From the NCBI GenBank assembly GCA_026026165.1, contig JAPEUD010000009.1:434001-498000 (forward strand): a stretch of 64,000 bases of DNA, read 5' to 3'. Source of the DNA: Sarea resinae (lineage: Eukaryota). Positions within the stretch are counted from its first letter, which is position 1; each line of letters opens with the position of its first letter. Shown piece by piece: positions 12,190 to 25,057 of this stretch. The translations under genes and the position numbers were made by a program. Below the pieces are notes generated by a model. The model searched no databases. It saw only the letters and a list, made by a program, of their open reading frames with translations, and had not been told where the DNA came from.

Positions 12190-14505
12190 GGAGGGAGGGA
12201 GGGAGTGAGCCCTGGAGGAAGCCCTGGAGGGGAGGGAAAATTGACCGGGGGGGAAGGTGGGTGGCAGTTCAATGGAGTATGGAGTGTGTTCAGTTCAGCG
12301 TTCACGACGGAGGGGGGAGGAGGGATGATGGGCGATGGATGAACGACGAGACGCTGTTGTTTGAGGCGTGTCAGGGTATCTTGTGCTGAGATAAGTACCG
12401 GGGCAGGTAGAGTGTCTGTCGCTGGGACTTACCGAGGGGCCTTTGCCTGGCAGTACGAGGTAGAATCAAGTAGCTCGACGGAATTAGGTACCAGACTCGA
12501 CCTGACATGTGGTGTTTTTCAATGGGTAGCAATTGGTAGATGACGGTACGGTTCGGTGCGTCCAACGAGATGGAATACACGGCAAACGCAGTGTCGAGGT
12601 ACTGTGGCCACTTTCGGTACCTCTCTCCCTGGTTCGTGACACCGGATGGTCAGCGTATCTCGTAGATCTACGAGTACCAAGCTCCTACCCCGTGTTCTCA
12701 CGTCCGTAAGCTTCGGTACCTCCAGGGCGACCTCTCTATCGCCCAAGAGGCCCCCTCGCACTCCCCCTCGTGCAGACACAACAAGTCACGATCCACCAGT
12801 GTCTAGCGACGGCAGTACCTACGAGTACCGCCCGACGAACAAGACGCAGCCCGGTCGGTCTGTTTTGGCCTGTTTCGAGCGAGTCGGGCGAGTCCGTAGC
12901 AGGTATCGATCGTATCGGGATACGCAGGCCATGTCTCAGCTCCCGGTAGTCTCTCGCGAATCACCAGGCGGCCTTCGTACTGGCAAAGTCTGTGCCACTG
13001 GCCCTTTGATTGTGCTCTCGCCTTCGCATTATTGATTTGATTTGATTTGATTTGCAGCTCGTTGTTTCTATTCGTTGGCACCCAAGGTACCGTACCCAGC
13101 ACAGCACTTGCAAGTAAGAGAAGTCATCAATCAACTGTCTGCTCCCTACGAGTGCCATGGATGGATGCCTTCTAGGCGGCCTGCCTGCCTGCCTGCCTGC
13201 CTGCCTGCTTCTTGTCTGCTGGCCAACTGGACGCCCATCTCGACGCACCGATGGCTTCAAACATCTCGTAGGTCTGTGTCGTGGTCCAAGGTGGAGTGAT
13301 CCGTGCACGCAGCTTTGACGCCGTTGAAGATCTTCTCCATGTTCCTTTGCGCCTACTCCAGACGCAATGCCGCCCCAGTGGTATGGGCCCAATAATGGCC
13401 GAGTGCCGCATGCGTCTCGACGCCTCCAGCTTGGAGGGGACCCGTGGGCATTGCGATCGGGAGTCTGCAGCAATCGTCGAGGGCTACCTGAATGGATTCG
13501 CACAGAGTACGCGTATTCTTTGAGAGAGAAGGCCACGAGTACTCCTACACGGGGCAGCGCGCGATGGAAGTGAACCTACCTTACCTAGGAGTAGATGTTT
13601 GAGCATCCAGACTAGTAGATACTAGGGCATGTTCCATTGCTGTTCCGACACAGGACCCTGTCTCACCAAGACCAATACTTCCTCGGTCGGGACACTCGTA
13701 GCGCCGACAGAGCCAACCGCGTCGTTAGTAGAGGCGCCCTGAAACGCGAGGCGTCTTCATCTGTCACAGTTCTCGAAAACGCCGGCTGCATCTCAATCCC
13801 CTCTGCATTGATCCTTCGTAGACTTCCATCATCCTACACCGAGTGCTGCTTCTAGAGGGCAGGGAGGGGGGAAGGGTGTACGCAATGCGCAATCCCTTCG
13901 TCATCTTCGCGGTCATCCATGATGTTTCTGTCCAAGATCGGAGACACCGAACGATTTGCAGATCTCTCGACGCCTAGCACTCCATCTACCTTGTATGCCG
14001 TCTCGATCTGGAAGCGTGATGCTTGCTAGAGCTACGGCAATTTCCAGCGAAGTTCCCGATCGGGAAGCCCTGTCCATTTTCCAATCTATCGTGCCCTAGC
14101 AAGACCCCGGGATGGGATTGACCTCCATGCGGGAACTACCACCTTACACGTGGTGAAGTGGCCAGAAAGGGCGCTTCAGCGTTCGATGGCAGACCAAGGC
14201 GTCCAGATCTCGTCCACTTCATCCTGTGATGGTTGTGTATCTTGCACATGGCCAAGGACTTTTACCGCGCGCCAGCGGGGTTCTCGAATTTGCAGAGCGC
14301 TATCAGATCGCGAATTTGTGATCTATCTCTGGTGACGAATGTGAAACACGATGTAGATTCAAGTAGACGCAAGTGATCAGTATTAGGACATGGGAAAAGA
14401 AGGTTCGAGGGATAAGACAGCCTGCTCGATTGATCCACCGTCTATTGGATGCAACCCATTTAGGTGTATTCATGGTAGTCAAAGGCACCCGTACTTTTTG
14501 CGCTC

Positions 14506-14579
14506 GCTCATCTCGGGGCGCATAAAGGCCATAAATGCAATATTTGTTATCTTATCAGATCTACATCTCGAAATTTTGG
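14506..14579. promoter_or_regulatory. Possible PAC-like and RRPE-like elements upstream of RPC19
   Basis: GCTCATCTC at 14506-14514 (reverse complement GAGATGAGC, PAC-like) and CGAAATTTTG near 14569, 150-220 bp upstream of the ATG. Confidence 0.3.
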
Positions 14580-14723
14580 CGAACGTTTCGGTCTTGGGTT
14601 CCCATCCATCATTGCAATATTGGCGACCTCGGACTCAAGCACCAATCGACACACATCATCTCTTGCATATCATCTTGATATAGTCTTTGGAAACGGACGA
14701 GCTATCAACACGCTGAACTCACC

Positions 14724-15295
14724 ATGTCGTCTCAAGACCAGCAGCCCATTCCCATGACGGACCCGGCGCCGGAAGGCGCTGACGTCCAAACCTACGTGGA
14801 CCCCGCCGAGCAGCGAATCCGAGTGGTGAGCTTTCCCTGCATTGCGATTGCGAGATCGTGTAATTGCACGGGCGCAAGGCTAAGCGCAATGATATAGCTA
14901 CCGGGCGCGACGGAAACGGCTGCATCGTTTGAGTTCGAGGGGGAAGATCATACGCTCGGGAACGCTCTACGATATATCATCATGAAGAAGTAAGGGAAAA
15001 TGGCAGAAGACGACAGGGAGGTCCTTGGCTCACGCTTACGTCTCTAGTCCTGACGTGGAATTCTGCGGCTACTCGATACCGCATCCATCCGAAGCAAAGA
15101 TGAACATACGCATTCAGACATACGGTTGGCCACCTCGTTTTGACCATTTTATCTGATTGTGGCGATTCTGACACGGTACTTGCAGAGAACACGACGGCGC
15201 AAGATGCTCTAGAGAAAGGCTTGGATGATCTGATGGACCTTTGCGATGTGGTGATGGACAAGTTTGAAGAAGCAAAGCCACCCCATGAATCATAG
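14724..15295 (+). CDS. RPC19: RNA polymerase I/III shared subunit AC19 (RPAC2)
   Basis: Four exons joined: ..LPGATETAASFEFEGEDHTLGNALRYIIMKNPDVEFCGYSIPHPSEAKMNIRIQTYENTTAQDALEKGLDDLMDLCDVVMDKF.. TAG at 15293-15295. Confidence 0.93.
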
Positions 15296-15412
15296 ACATA
15301 GGAGCGCTGGAGTTACGAAAGCACGGCATGGATGGCGTTTTCGTGGTTGGGACTTTGTTTTTCTTGCTGGATATAATTCATGTACAGTAGCAGCTATATA
15401 CTTCGCCGCATG

Positions 15413-16100
15413 CTAATTGCGCCCCTGAATTGCAGCACGTCAGTACGGTCAGTATCATAGAGAACATGCGGTCTTCCTACCTCCAAGAACCCGCTCATGA
15501 AATTCTGCGGCAACCGTGCCGTCGGATCCTCCTCGGCGCGGAAATATTTGAGAAGGTGGGACAATTGCTTCCAGTAGTTGAGGGTCTCCTAATCAATTGA
15601 AATGCCGTCAGCTCCTGCATGCTCGAGACCGTAGGAGGGGCCCCTTCGCCCTCGTGCGGCCATGAAACCGGTTTCATGCTCTGTCCAAGGAGCCACCCAC
15701 CTGGAATTCGGAGTGCGACTTGAAGATCAGGACATCGACGACGGAGATATCATTGACATATCGGTGTCTTTCGAACTCCTGACGGACCTTTGTGCGGATA
15801 GCCGAGACGGGCATGTTGAGCGAGTACATCTGCTGGATCTCGGGAGACTAGATCATCGAATCATGGCATTTAGCACCTCGTCCGCACGCTCGCTGGACAG
15901 CCCTCCATGCCGAAGGGAGAAGGGGAAGTGCGACTTACGGCCCGGAGCCAATGCCGGTAGGTATGGAGCACTCGGCGTTTGGCATCAGTCCAGTTGACGG
16001 CTAGATTGGAAGTCGTCAGTATCTTCAATGGATGGGGAGAAAGCAGAAACTGCATACAGGATCGCGTCCGCTGCGCTAGATATGTCGGATTGATCGTCAT
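15413..16100 (-). CDS. NDUFA6: NADH:ubiquinone oxidoreductase subunit NDUFA6 (B14, LYR family)
   Basis: MTINPTYLAQRTRS..DAKRRVLHTYRHWLRA..IRTKVRQEFERHRYV..ETLNYWKQLSHLLKYFRAEEDPTARLPQNFMSGFLEGRN*. Four introns. Confidence 0.92.
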
Positions 16101-16423
16101 GGTGTCTGGCGGGAGGAGGGGAGAGGTGAGGAGAGGTCGATGGCGGCGGAGGGGAGATGGGATGTCGGTGATGGATGGCGATGAAGGTAGATCGTAGGTA
16201 CTCGGCAGCGGTACCTGGCGCTATACTTTGCCAAGCCATGACAGATTCCGGACATTCAGGACTTCTGAGGCTCTGCGCATCGTCACTTCAACACCCCGAC
16301 ATTCCACCAAGCTTCGGCTCACAGTGCAGAAATCGATTCAGCATATTCTCATATCCGCCGCTCACACAGACTTCCCCTCAACCGTCCGCCACTTGCTAAG
16401 ACATCGAATCTAACACCTCCAAC

Positions 16424-17181
16424 ATGCCACCCGTTCGCAGCGCGCGCAACCGCAAGCCGCCACCAGAGGGCTTCGAAGACATCGAAGACACGCTTCTGGA
16501 ATTTAGCAACAAGATGAAAGACGCCGAGAATGCACCACATGAGGGTAAGAAGAAGCACGAGGTCCTATGGCCTATTTTCCAGATCAGCCATCAACGTAAG
16601 GTCACCCGCCGCAGTCGTGTGCATTCGCGATCATATCATTCCAGCTCTTGCCGGTCATGCTCTTTGCTACTGCTGCCTTTCCGACATTGTCGTCTCTCTT
16701 CATACATTTTCTATATCTACAGTCTACGAAGAAGGAATACTAACGTCCAAAACCACTAGGCTCCCGCTACATCTACGATCTCTACTACGAAAAAGAAGCC
16801 ATCTCCCCCACCCTCTACAACTGGCTCCTCAAGAATGGCTACGCAGACGCCAATCTGATAGCAAAGTGGAAGAAACAAGGCTACGAGAAAGTAAGTCTAG
16901 CAGCTCTTATCCATGCCGGCCGACCCAGCTCGGCCTTTCCATCCATCCATCCATCCATCCATCTTTACCAGGCTAGCTTGCACAAAATGAACTGTTGGAG
17001 AGGAAGAAGGATGCTAACAAGGACTGCCACCCCCCAGCTCTGCTGCCTCCGCTGCATCCAAACCAAAGAAACAAACTTCAACTCGACCTGCATCTGTCGC
17101 GTGCCCAAGGCGCAGCTGAAAGAAGACCAGACGGTCGAGTGCGTGAGCTGCGGCTGTCGGGGTTGCTCCTCCAGCGACTGA
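16424..17181 (+). CDS. BUD31: Spliceosome/cell-cycle protein BUD31/Cwf14 (G10)
   Basis: [81 protein letters not shown]. Two introns. Confidence 0.95.
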
Positions 17182-18601
17182 TCAGTCAGCAAGATGAAAC
17201 AATGTCGAGCGCATGTTGATGGTGTATATGTCCTGGTCTTGGGCCATCTATGGGAAACGGGGCTCGGCGTTGGGGGGGAATACAGCTCTCTGGGCGGGGC
17301 GGGGCCGATATGATCCGATCTGATCTGATCCCATCCGATCCGATCCGGGCTAGGCAGGCACGGCGTTATAGGGCGAAATACCATATAGAGATAGTTCTGG
17401 CATACTTATTTGCAGAAGATCTGGTCGTTTTTCACCAGCTACGATGGGCGGGTTATCCAAAACCTTATGCAGGGTGAGCATGATCACGGCGTTCTTGCAT
17501 GCATGATCTTTTTTCTACTTCTGATAGCAGCTTTCAATATTGCTATTGCCGATCAACGGCTCTCGTCCTGTGAGACGCATTCTTCTACTCGTAGTCAAAG
17601 ATATATCTCAATCAGCTAGCAGGCCGCAGCAGCATCCACCATTCAATCGACCCACACCATACTGCAAAGCCAATTCGACAAGTCACGTGCCCCTCAAACG
17701 CCCCCTTCCACAACGAAGACAGGAACACCAGGGATGGAGAGAATCAAACTAATAGGAGACCCTTGAACTATCATTGTCACCGAGAGAGCACGAGCCCTCT
17801 AAATGTTTGGAACGTCTCATTTCCGTTTGTTGGTAATGAATGAGATTTGTCTAGGGTATCTGAGAGGCCCGCTTTGGCTGAGTAAGAGTTGAGGTACAAA
17901 GAGGTGATGTAGGAGGAATGGCGGAGTGGCGATGAGGAATAGTTAAGGCATAGGGTAAAGGAAAAAGGAGAGGCGTAGGAAGGAAGATGTAGGAGGTATG
18001 GCAGTGTAAAGAAAGAGAACAGCCAAAGCGGGCTGAAGAGGAACTGTAGGTGGGGCGGCGACAAAGATAGGAAAGCAAACGAGGAAAAGAAAATACAAGA
18101 AGAGGTGGTGTATCAACTGCAAAGCAGGCTGCGTCAAAGTCATAAGGTCGTGCTTCGTGAGTCCGACGGAGCCCTCTCTCTCCGTCGAACGAGTCGACAA
18201 CACATACGCCGAGACCCATGGGCAGCCACCCAATAAGTAAACCAACTCCGATCCAAATCGAAGCCCAAGCCGATCCCAAATCCCAAACCGAGTTAACGTG
18301 CCAAAACAAAACATAAGACATGAAACCGCAAGACGTAAAGATACAGGACCCAAGCGCAATCCGATTCCCAATCCGTGTTAACCTTCCCAAACAAAAGAAA
18401 GGTAATCATGCATGATGTAAAGATGCAGAACGTGAGTCGCAAATCGCTAGACAGAAACATAAAGTCTTGATCAAGAGGCTGTGGATCCAAATAGATGGGC
18501 AACCACTGAGACGCAGAGCACCAATATCCATACCCAGAAGAACCTCACAAAAAGACATCCCAAAATTCTTGAGCTCTGGGCAGGGACAAATGGATTTGAA
18601 A

Positions 18602-20485
18602 TCAAGAGGAGAATCGATTGCCAGTAGGCACGCCAAATCCCTCGATCTTTTGAAACCCTTGAGACAAATCAATGCCCGGCGTGTCCGATTCGGCATCGCC
18701 ATGCATCTCATTGATGAGAAACTCGTCCCACCACTGGTCAAATTGATCAGGATGCCAACTGACCTTACTCGGAGAGTTTGAAGCAGCCCGGCGCGCGGTT
18801 GCCTCCTTCAGAAAAGGACTGAGAGAAGCATTGAGTGTGGGGCCGGTAATGTCTCCTAGCGGCTCCGCACATGGCAAACGCCTGTTGGAAGACTTGAAGG
18901 GAGATGCCTTATAGAACCGACTATAAACGTCCTCGTCCGGCAGGGCGAAAAGGCTGTCAAAGTCATTCGCTTGTTGGAGGCCAGTCCCATTCCACTCCAT
19001 GGCGATCTTTTCCGAAGTAACGCTTGGGGACGAAGCGATCAGCGCGGAAGCTGAAAGCTTAGCATTAGACCTAGCATGGCTAGGACTCTCGCGCTCACGC
19101 ATTCTTCTGATGCGGGCAATCTCCTCCTCAGCACGGCCAAGCACCCCATGGGGACGATCCTCCGAAGCCACCACATTTACTGAGTTCGGCCTCTGAATGG
19201 ACGACGAAAAGTAGCCACTATCATCCATGTTGACGACTTTTCGCACGCGCGAGAGAGTTCCATCCCCGGAAGCGGGAAGTGGAGGGGCTAGCGGGGGCGT
19301 GGCTTCGCGATTGTGAGCTGGGCGAGCGACGGGTGGGGAGGAATGCATCGGCTCGGGCGAGTCCGAAGGGATCCTGATGACTTCGACATTTCTTGCATCT
19401 TCTTCGTCGATGACTGGATCTGAGGCAGCAATCGTCGCGTCGGATGAAAGATCCATGTGCTCCGTCATAAAGGCAGTCGCACGCTTAGCGTCCTCGACCA
19501 ATTCGTCCAGGGTGCACTCGTTCGACGCAGCTTCTGGACTGGAGCGTTGCTTCGCAGGTCTGTCTTTTAGAAACTGACATTCCATTCCAGGTTCAATAGC
19601 CCAGTAGTTGCCTTTGCCGGGATCGTCCTTGGGTCTCTCCTGCTTGACAAACGCCTTGTTGAGGCTCAGGTTATGTCTGATGGAATTTTGCCATCCAGCA
19701 CCCGAGAGACGATAGTACGCGAAAGTGTCCGAAATCCACTTGTATATTTGTGCCAAGGTCAGACGCCTATTGGGGGCCCTGAGGATTGACATGCCGATCA
19801 ATGTGGCGTAGCTGTACGGTGGTTTGTCTCCATCATCTTGGACAAGAGGCATGTTGTCTGGTTCGGGTACAACAGCCAAGGGCTTAGACGATTCGCGACG
19901 AAGCTTCTTAGCTGGCTTCTCGTACATGATTGCTGCATGCATCAGGGCACGCTTGTTACTATTGCTTGAGCGGAGGAAACTATCAGGCGACACCGGCTCC
20001 GCTGGCATACGCTCGTCGTCGAATTGTACACGAGCGTCCTCGGAATGTGCACAAGCCTCATCTGATGGCAGTCCAAGAGGTTTCGAGGCCACCGGATCGG
20101 GAAGAGGATGCCCATGACCAACCGCGTAGTTCTCTTTGCCTAGCCGTCGCTTATAGCTCGACTTCGGAACTAAAATGTGCCGCTGAGGCCGTTGAACGGA
20201 TGACGTGTTGAATGTGGAAAGCACCGGTCTTTTCTTCGGCGAATCGGTGAAGAATTGAGGTGGATCAGGCGGCGGTAGCAGTGCAAAATCGAAACAGGGA
20301 TGGCACACTTGGTACAAGTGTGGAGTCGGGATCGGATATGCCATGCCCTTCTGCGGTGATGGCCGTCGAGGCGGACACGCGGGAGGGCTTAGGACCACCC
20401 TCTGTCTATTATGCGCGCGCCGCTCTGCAGGTTGTCGTTCGACCGGAGGCCCGAAGGCCGTTTCATCCTCGGCGAGGACGAACAT
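18602..20485 (-). CDS. Forkhead transcription factor (Sep1/Hcm1-like)
   Basis: [64 protein letters not shown]. The ATG directly follows a likely 5'-UTR intron acceptor (..CTGAC..GCAG|ATG). Confidence 0.9.
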   Translation of the reverse strand: MFVLAEDETAFGPPVERQPAERRAHNRQRVVLSPPACPPRRPSPQKGMAYPIPTPHLYQVCHPCFDFALLPPPDPPQFFTDSPKKRPVLSTFNTSSVQRPQRHILVPKSSYKRRLGKENYAVGHGHPLPDPVASKPLGLPSDEACAHSEDARVQFDDERMPAEPVSPDSFLRSSNSNKRALMHAAIMYEKPAKKLRRESSKPLAVVPEPDNMPLVQDDGDKPPYSYATLIGMSILRAPNRRLTLAQIYKWISDTFAYYRLSGAGWQNSIRHNLSLNKAFVKQERPKDDPGKGNYWAIEPGMECQFLKDRPAKQRSSPEAASNECTLDELVEDAKRATAFMTEHMDLSSDATIAASDPVIDEEDARNVEVIRIPSDSPEPMHSSPPVARPAHNREATPPLAPPLPASGDGTLSRVRKVVNMDDSGYFSSSIQRPNSVNVVASEDRPHGVLGRAEEEIARIRRMRERESPSHARSNAKLSASALIASSPSVTSEKIAMEWNGTGLQQANDFDSLFALPDEDVYSRFYKASPFKSSNRRLPCAEPLGDITGPTLNASLSPFLKEATARRAASNSPSKVSWHPDQFDQWWDEFLINEMHGDAESDTPGIDLSQGFQKIEGFGVPTGNRFSS

Positions 20486-21726
20486 CTGCGGTGAGAAGAA
20501 ATGTCAGAGTCATGACGCGTCAAACCGTGGCAGGCGAGACGAGGACGAAGCGTGTAGTGATCTATACCTTTCGACTTGCAGATCAAAACAAAACAAAACG
20601 AAAACGAAAATGAAGCAACGGAGAACGATGAGAGTGGTTATGACGAGACTGAAGATGATGATTGACGAAAGCTGTGACGATGGGTGATCGGGGAAGTAAG
20701 CTGGGATTGATGAGCCGATCGGTAGCAAGGGTGATGTGTTGAGAGGGTGAAGAGGGAAAAGAAAAGAGTTGGCGAGCGAGGGCGACAGAAGTAGTGGTCG
20801 CTTGTCTGCTGTGGTGATACGGACGTTGGTGATGATTGCAAAGGCATCCGACGAAGCGGGGAGGGGAGTCGCGAAGTTGGTGTTGATGTTCGAGAAAGAG
20901 GAAAGAGCGGGATTGCACTCTCATACAACTCGTTTTGGCGGATGGTGGAGGTGGTGGAGGTGGTGGTGGTGGGCGGCAGTTGCGATTGCAGAGTCAGGTA
21001 GGTACGAAGTACGAATACCTACGCAGAACAGGTACCGATACCTGCGAATACTTATCTTCCATTACCGTCCTTGTGGCGGCCCCATTCTGTCAGTGATATC
21101 TACCGTATCCATCTACATTTACTTTGGTCTCGGTGCGCAATAAGAATATCCCCATCTCTCGTCTCTTGCTTGGTCCACGGCAGCTCTCACCCGTCCGTGG
21201 ACACGAGGGGAGAAGGAGGGATGAGGTGTGGACGAGGATCGGGGATCGAGGATCAAGGAAGCGGGACAGCGAGCACCTCGGGCAGGTATCCTGAATGTCG
21301 CACAGACAAATCGACCAACCCCATTGGCTCGAGATTGACGCCGCCCACGAGACAACGAAGGGGAAGATCCAATCGATTCAATTCAGCAGGAGAGACGGAC
21401 ATGCATGATCGAGTGGGTGGATGAATTGGATGAGTGCTTCACATCAAATCGGCACGTACGACCTAGGTAGGTAGACAGACGTGGACACTCCAGATACGGG
21501 ATAAGAGGCTGCAGCGAGGGTGCAGAGAGCGAGTGCAGTGGTCACAGAACGCGTCCGGCGAGAGCGCGTCTTTGCGCGTTATACTCCCGAGTACCTAACG
21601 TAGTATGGATGCTCTCGCACGGCCGTTGAGATGGTCGGGTGCCATGAAGAGGAAAAGCCTTTCCGCTTTCCACCCATTCTCGGACCTCACGCAATTGACC
21701 TCAAGATCCATGAGCACCACTGCGGG

Positions 21727-21790
21727 GCTCTTCGCTCGAGTGTCTGGGGGTCAATTGATCGATTGGCAACGCGACACTCGAGCGAAGAGC
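21727..21790. repeat. Perfect 18-bp inverted repeat (hairpin)
   Basis: GCTCTTCGCTCGAGTGTC (21727-21744) and GACACTCGAGCGAAGAGC (21773-21790), with a 28-nt spacer. Confidence 0.95.
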
Positions 21791-22894
21791 ACTCGAGCAA
21801 CTCGCTCGCGCCGGCACGAGTAGCACGGGAAAGCGACGGCCAATGAACCTGCAGCCCCTTGCGGTACCTCCGTACCCACAAGTACGTACCGAAGGCAGGG
21901 TACCTTGCAGTAGAGTAAGGTACCTAGTAGGTAAGGTACTTGGTACGTAGTAGGTATCGCGACGACATCCATCCATCCCATCCATCCATCATCCTCCCTA
22001 CTCCGTACTATGCAATACCATGCACGGTCCTTGGTCCATGGGGCCCTGCTGCTGAGGTCCCCATCCACCACGACCGGGTGGCCCAACTTCCAAGTCAAGG
22101 GAAGAATCGGCACGGGGCACCTGTCTTGCGACGTGTGGCCGAGGATCACTGTTCGTCCCCCATGTCTGATCCGACAGCGGTGTAGGATCATGTACTACTC
22201 TACTCGGAGTGCTTCATCCCTCTCACGGATGATCCATGTCCCCCAGTCCCGGGCAGTCCGGGCGTGCCATTGTACTATGTAGCCTTACAATCTCGCCGAT
22301 CCACGGCTTTAGGCCGTGACAGGTGCTACCATGCAGTAGCTGCTCATACTAGTGGGGAGAGAAGTGTCTAATATCAACTGTGCAATGAGACCCGTCGCAG
22401 TTGTTCAGGCCGTACGAAGTAGGCATTTTTGACGGCATACCAGGTAGTTGATACACGAGGGCCCAAGGCGGCAATGACAGCTTCACTCACCACCGCCAGC
22501 CTTTTATTCACGGAATGTGGCACAGGTGCCAATGACACAATGCAGCAGCCGTTGGTTGTCATCGCTGTAAAAACAACGAACCGATGCTTTCATACCACAT
22601 GTACCCCTCGTGTCGCTCCCAGAGCTCCCGTAGCGGCCAGCCATCAACCCTCGTCCATCAATAATGGCCACTTGAACGAGGAGGCGCGGGCCAAGCCATC
22701 TTGCCAAACGACACCCATTACGCCTCGCTATGAACATTTGAACTCACGACCTTAGCAGAAAAAAAAAGGAAAGAAACGCCGTCAATGTAATGCAAAAAGG
22801 CCGCCCTCCGATACTGCCTTATCGAACGTGATCCACCAAGACCTCGTACGTCGACGCTCCTTTCTCTCTCAGCCTTCCCGAAGATACGTCTCTA

Positions 22895-25057
22895 TTATCG
22901 ACGATAGAGGTCCCGTTCTCTTTCACGCATTCGTTCCTTGTCTCTCTCGCGGTCTGGACTTCGGCTTCGGGGTCGACCGTGATTGCGGGCTCCATAGTCC
23001 CGTCGATCACCCCCATAGCGATTCCTCTCGTTCCGCTCCTCTCTCCATCCTCCAGCATCTCTTGCCCTCGAACCATCATCGCCGCCGGTGTAGCTTGGCA
23101 CATAGCTGTCCATCCTGCTTCCTGCACCCATGAGCGGTCCTCCCCTCGATGTCGGGCGATGCCTACCCGCATATCCTCCGTTATCACCAGCCCAGCCCGG
23201 ACCACTTCCCATCTGCCTATCGCTGTCGCGTGCCCAAGCAGGCCTATGTCCAGGTGGGCCTGCGCCTGGGGGTCCCCGATAGCCAGTATGCGTCTGTGGT
23301 ACTCGACTGTCAAATCCACTCCTAGGAGGACCGTATCCTCCGGTATTTGGGCCAGTCCAGGCTCCACTTCCCGGCTGTCTACTTGAACTAGCAACCCCCC
23401 AGGGTGCGCCATTCTGATGATGAGGACGACCTGTCCACTCACCGGCGGGGCCCATCCCCACAGACCCTCCGGCAGGCGCCGGGGGGAGAGCCGCCTTCTG
23501 TCCTCGGAACTTTCTGCGATCAAGTTCATGGGATTCTTCAAATGCAGGTAGCTCACCCGGTTTTGCAGGTAAAGGCTCAGTCCGAAAATAGGGATGTTGA
23601 AGGGCATCAATGGCATTGATACGCTTCCGCCAATCGAGTCTGAGTAGCTCCGAAAGTAATGAAATGACTGACTGTCCTTGTCTGTTTTAAGAAGAACGTG
23701 AGCTTGGCAAGGGGGAGCTAGATATCTACTGAGTCCACTCACTCTCTGAAAACGTGTTGAAGGTTGCCCTGCCGTGGCTTGAAAGAGTTTACGCCCTCGC
23801 ATCCTGGCAGTGAACTCCAACCTGGCATGCTCTCTTCCGTTGGCGTGCCCACGAGATCAAAAATCAATTGCGCCTGATTCAGATCACTATTTCCAGCAAG
23901 AATAGGTTTTCCTTTGAACATTTCGCCAAAGACACAACTATGACGACGTTCAGCATATCAATTGGTAGAATGCTTCAGAGCAGGAATGAAACGTACCCCA
24001 CGCCCCACATATCGATAGCCGTCGTGTATCTCCGCAACTGAAGTAATAGTTCGGGCGGACGATACCAACGCGTCACGACTAACGTGGTATATTCTCTTTG
24101 TGCTTCACCACCCCCTTTCCCAGGCTTTGGGACTGGCTCATCATATATTCGTGCAAGTCCGAAGTCTGCGATTTGGAGAATACCCTTATTGTTGATAAGC
24201 AAATTTGCGGCTATAAGGTGGCCGTGATCAGCAGAGTTATCAAGTACAATCTCCTGTCCATGTATTACCTTTCATATCTCGGTGTAGGATATGATTCTGG
24301 ATGGTTTCAGTTGTCAGTACAAGAGACGAGGGCCTCGGGAGCCTCCGAAGGAATGTCATACATCATGCAGATATCGTAAGCCTTCCAGAAGCTGCAGCAT
24401 ATAGCATTTTATCTGTGGCTCAGTGAAGTGGACGTTGGGGTTTTCGAGAAGTCCGGAAAGATCGTGGTCCATGTACGGAGTGACCATGTACATAATAGCT
24501 TTCTTCCTTCCTTCTCCTGAGGTCATATATGTTAAAGGCATACATCTAGTCGCAATGCGCCTGGACTCTTACCTTTGCTTCGTTCAATGGCCATTTCATC
24601 AAGCTTGAGAATATTTATATGTGACAACATTTTGAGCAGTTTTATTTCTCGTAAGGCCGTAATGGGGAACTTTGAATGTTACATTAGTACGTGATCAGAC
24701 AGAGCCACCGGACTGCTTGGATCCATTACCCCGTCTTTCTCGTTGTGCATTAGGATCTTCTTCAGCGCGACGATGGAGCCATTCTTTCGCGACCGTGCTT
24801 TGTGAACTTCACTGTCGAGATCGCCTGATTAGTTTCCGTGACGCCAAACAGAGGTGTAAAGAAGACGCGTTGGCGGAGATACCATACCCAAATGTGCCTT
24901 CTCCAAGTTTCCCGAGAACTTCGTAGTCTCTGATATTGGAACAGCCGGAGAACCGGGCATGACCTCTACTGTCCAACTCGAGCGACGGCCTCTTCACAGA
25001 TGCCGGATCACTATGGCTGGCAGATTTGGGCGTCGCATTACGAGACACGTCTGCCAT
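22895..25057 (-). CDS. BUR1: CDK9-like kinase Bur1/Sgv1
   Basis: [50 protein letters not shown] across multiple exons. RGG/RS/RE-rich C-terminal tail ending ..RDLYRR*. Confidence 0.92.

Noticed and set aside
12300..14700. Possible hidden gene or transposon in long intergenic DNA (also 20700-22800 and 61300-62800)
   Set aside because: No transposase, RT, LTR/TIR pair, RIP-like AT-rich tract or credible spliced ORF found by eye.
22819..23820. 333-aa ORF overlapping the BUR1 3' end in another frame
   Set aside because: Shadow frame of the GC-rich BUR1 last exons. The spliced kinase frame explains the region.
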